A DNA stretch of 62,667 bases, filler included, from Mitosporidium daphniae (Eukaryota), in the NCBI RefSeq assembly GCF_000760515.2. It is 2 parts of 2 records of this genome, joined end to end, with 100 filler letters (N's around TTAATTAATTAA, not from the genome) between each part and the next. Parts side by side here need not be neighbours in the genome. Positions count along the whole stretch, not along the records: positions 31,385 to 62,667 come from NW_013546234.1; 1 more part is not named here. The stretch is one strand, 5' to 3'. The notes under the pieces were generated by a model. That model was not told the origin of the DNA. It did no database searches and worked only from the letters and a program-made list of their open reading frames with translations. Numbering within the stretch: the stretch's first letter is position 1; every line of letters begins with the position of its first letter. Both the position numbers and the translations under genes were made by a program. Of this stretch, positions 59,630 through 62,667 are shown piece by piece.

Positions 59630-60325
59630 GCTAGTGGTTCATTTTCCTCGATCAATTGTAGATTTTCTGGACGTCTTTGAAAGAGATAAAATTATATGCT
59701 GATTTCATCTTCTATAGGTTCCATCTTTTCTATAATTTCTGACTTTAGAGTCGATACTTTCAAGTCTAGACTCTGTATTTTCGTGTATTTTCCTTCTAAA
59801 CCTTCTATTTTTAATGAAAATTCTTGATCTCTATATGTTGGAATGTCTAGAAATACTAGCATATTTGGATCGTCTTGAAGGATTGTATTTTTTAAGCTTT
59901 TTCATGCCTTGGGGTTTTTAGAAGTATTAAAGGGATTGTAATATTTCCATCCTGTATAGATGTGGTACGTTTTAGAGCTTCGAAAAGTTGGGTAGGTTTT
60001 TGGAAAAATTGATACTTTTTTCGAATATTCCGATTAAAATTTCTCGAGTTTTTTGAAATTCTTTCATTACTTCACATTGAATAATTTGTTGTACACCTTT
60101 ACACTTTAACCCTATCTGCCCTAATTCACAGCTTAGCGTTTTTTGAGCTTCATCAAAAGCTTCAATTTGTATACTTTCTAGATAATCTAATTGTGTTATA
60201 TCCCATATGGCTAGTGAAACTTCATTAGCTTTTGCATGATCTTGAATCTTTTTCCATTTTTCAAGCCATTCATACATAGTCGATTTAGATAATTTACTGC
60301 AATACTCATATTTTTTAACCGACAC
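59630..60325 (-). pseudogene. AT-rich degenerate coding remnant
   Basis: The 117-aa ORF has no ATG start and continues as Lys/Glu/Ile-rich frames broken by stops and shifts. Confidence 0.4.
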
Positions 60326-61449
60326 AAATAACTTTATTTAAATATGCCACATGTGCGTATAGTTGCAGCACGATCGCTACATTGTCTCTCTAGCACGGAA
60401 AGTAACCTTAAACTATTCAATTATCGCAGCTGGCAAATTTTGAACAGATGACTTTGAAAAATTTCCAAGTTTTAAGAGTCTGATTTTAACGCACTCAAAA
60501 GTATCGCAGGTATAAAATTGAACAAAACCGACCTTGGGTCTTAAGTTCGATTTATACCCATAGGGTTAGCTTTTATGGGGCATCTTCTACCTCTCATTTT
60601 TGATATTTAGCTTAATTAAATGTTGGACATTGTCCCCAGCATATGTCAGAACAAGCACTAGCACTATAATCCCCTCCCGAAATGATCACGATCGCTATAT
60701 GAGCAGTAAAGAGCATGATAAACTATCCACTCAATAAAATCTGACGAAGCAGATGCCTCGATAATCAATAGCACTCCTTTAATTACTTTTACCTTGCAAT
60801 TCTAGATGCAAAGTTATCGTACTTCTTCAATACAATCATAAATAAAGAATGTATTCAAAGTTAACTCGAATACTCTCAGAAGACGAAACATCAAGAAACC
60901 TGATAGCTGCTGCGTCAGAAGTCAAAAGGCAGAAGGCCCTAGCGACTTACGCAGCAGCGAGAAGCCAGGATTTTTACAAGCCAAACAACACGAAGCAAGG
61001 ATTGTTTTGCAATCTTTATTTGGAGAACCACATCCGGATATGCCCGTCTGGGCATTAAGGATGCAGGAAACGTTAATAGCCGTGCAAGAGGAGCTTTCGC
61101 AGCCATAGCGTTGCCCATTGCATTTAAGCGGCTATGTTAGGGACAAAATGTCGACTGAAGCACAAAATACCCCCTAACAGGATACTTGTACAATTTAAGT
61201 TTAGAAGAAGCGATCGTTAGATCTCCCCGCATCTTCAATCAAGTCGAGGGATTATGCGGGGTTCTGCTTTTATTTATAACCAAAGTTAATCAATGCAGAT
61301 TTGCTCTCGGTTGTGAAGTTTATCAAATCACCAGTAAATAATCAAAGCTTAAACCAAATAAAATAAGTATGCAAAAATGATCGCAATAATGATTTTAAAA
61401 TTAAAATATCGTAGCTATTGTAAGCTAAAAGTTACTGTATTTGGATTGG

Positions 61450-61465
61450 TAGGGTTAGGGTTAGG
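61450..61465 (+). promoter_or_regulatory. Telo-box-like element TAGGGTTAGGGTTAGG
   Basis: The longest of many short intergenic TTAGGG motifs, upstream of the surface protein gene and next to an ATTGG (CCAAT) box. Confidence 0.5.
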
Positions 61466-61806
61466 ATGTGTGATATGGGCATTTAAACATTAGTTATTTA
61501 ATTGGGCCTCGTGATATGGGAAATATATAATGTGGACCAACATGCAGTTTCAATGAAATTAATTTTAGCCCAATCCCAACCCTAGCCCAAACATCGCTGA
61601 CTAATTTGGTGGAATCTTGTGTTATTTATGTTTGTTTATATTTTCAAATCGAAAAGTGATTTCGCACACAAAAGGCACGCCTCTCGTTGGTTAATATCCC
61701 ATTTATTTGTTGTTGTTTTGTTTATCCATTTCCCTCACTACAAGCATGTCATCTTAACAACATGAAAAGAATAAATAGCGAATGTTGTATTGAAAAGTAT
61801 ACAACC

Positions 61807-62667
61807 ATGATTCCAAAGCGAATAACAGCTCTTCTTTTCTGTGTATGCTTAGCTTTATTTTCGGCCTCATCTGTGATGTCGATAAAACCTGGTATCTACT
61901 TTGCAAACATGACCTCATCGATTTCTAATGGAACAACTGCTCCGTTCATTATACACGCAAGCAAAGGTCTTGATGTTAATGTCACTGCTTTGGGCGGAAT
62001 ATATCAAGATTCTTCTATTTTTGTGGAATGGGATCATTTTTCTGGTCATGATAGCTATGAAGTTATATTTTCTCTCAAAAGTTTAGCTAATCCGGATCAA
62101 ATTTTTCCCGAATTGAAAAGCAAAGATACTGGAAATGCGACTATTTTGTTGAAAGAGTATGGTTCTTTTGAGCCAGGAATGTATGTCATCCTTGTCTCCA
62201 ATGCCCTCGGCCAAGGTTTATCAAATCCATTTATCGTTCTCACCCCTAATCTCCTTTCTGTTAAGACAGATACGGATAAGGTTTCCACTGGCCAGTCTTT
62301 GGGTCTTTCTTGGACTCCATTCAACACTTCTGATACTTTGAGCATATCTCTTATCCACGTCTCAAGCGGTTCTGAAGATATTATTGCTACAGACCTTCCT
62401 GATACTGGAGCTACCAGTCTTGAGTTTTCATATCCACCTGGTATTTACGAATTGAAATTAGTATCCTCCCTTGGAATTGGTTTCTCAAACCGTTTTGCTA
62501 TTGCCACCGAATCTAACACGATCGTTGTCACAGCTACTCCAAACAACATTTCCTCAATCAATGGTTTCACAACTGTCGCATGGGGACCATTCGATCAGGC
62601 TGAGAAATTCGTAAACCTAACCCTAACCGGGAAGGATGGACTCGCTTATAAGAATGTGTCTAATGTG
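61807..62667 (+). CDS. Secreted or surface glycoprotein with tandem Ig-like (Kre9/Knh1 N-terminal-like) repeats; 3'-partial
   Basis: Not in the track because no stop lies in the window. Signal peptide MIPKRITALLFCVCLALFSASSVMS, a repeat of roughly 90 aa (W..F...DTG...PG.Y...G.S..F.I) and several NxS/T sequons. An in-frame upstream ATG lies at 61762. Confidence 0.85.
   Translation, partial: MIPKRITALLFCVCLALFSASSVMSIKPGIYFANMTSSISNGTTAPFIIHASKGLDVNVTALGGIYQDSSIFVEWDHFSGHDSYEVIFSLKSLANPDQIFPELKSKDTGNATILLKEYGSFEPGMYVILVSNALGQGLSNPFIVLTPNLLSVKTDTDKVSTGQSLGLSWTPFNTSDTLSISLIHVSSGSEDIIATDLPDTGATSLEFSYPPGIYELKLVSSLGIGFSNRFAIATESNTIVVTATPNNISSINGFTTVAWGPFDQAEKFVNLTLTGKDGLAYKNVSNV

Noticed and set aside
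62614..62628. AACCTAACCCTAACC as a telomere seed or template
   Set aside because: It lies in frame within the surface protein (NLTLT).

Overview
Gene-dense, compact eukaryotic nuclear DNA from a fungal-lineage organism. About 35 genes are interrupted by very short GT-AG introns (mostly 23-35 nt), so the ORF track is fragmented and misses several real genes (ATP16, SPC25, PEX14-like, COA8-like, both edge genes). The gene set combines mitochondrial respiratory and import genes (COX10, COA8, holocytochrome c synthase, ATP2, ATP16, TIM44, mitoferrin), peroxins (PEX12, PEX14-like) and fungal-type genes (NST1, SLA2, Kin1). With the compaction, this fits an early-diverging Rozellomycota / short-branch microsporidian such as Mitosporidium (inference, unconfirmed). 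An artificial 100-nt spacer at 31285-31384 joins two contigs. Core blocks alternate with AT-richer accessory stretches carrying orphan secreted or membrane ORFs, pseudogene fragments and tandem repeats. The best leads are: an unannotated run of hairpins at about 59260-59560 whose G-U pairs favour the + strand (candidate ncRNA); a promoter grammar of telo-box, CCAAT and TAAAATT with divergent start codons 20-130 bp apart; a head-to-head ATP2/ATP16 pair; a frameshifted MADS-box mini-gene; and a tandem Ig-like surface protein. I found no clearly demonstrable novel system. All product calls come from motif recognition by eye, not database searches.
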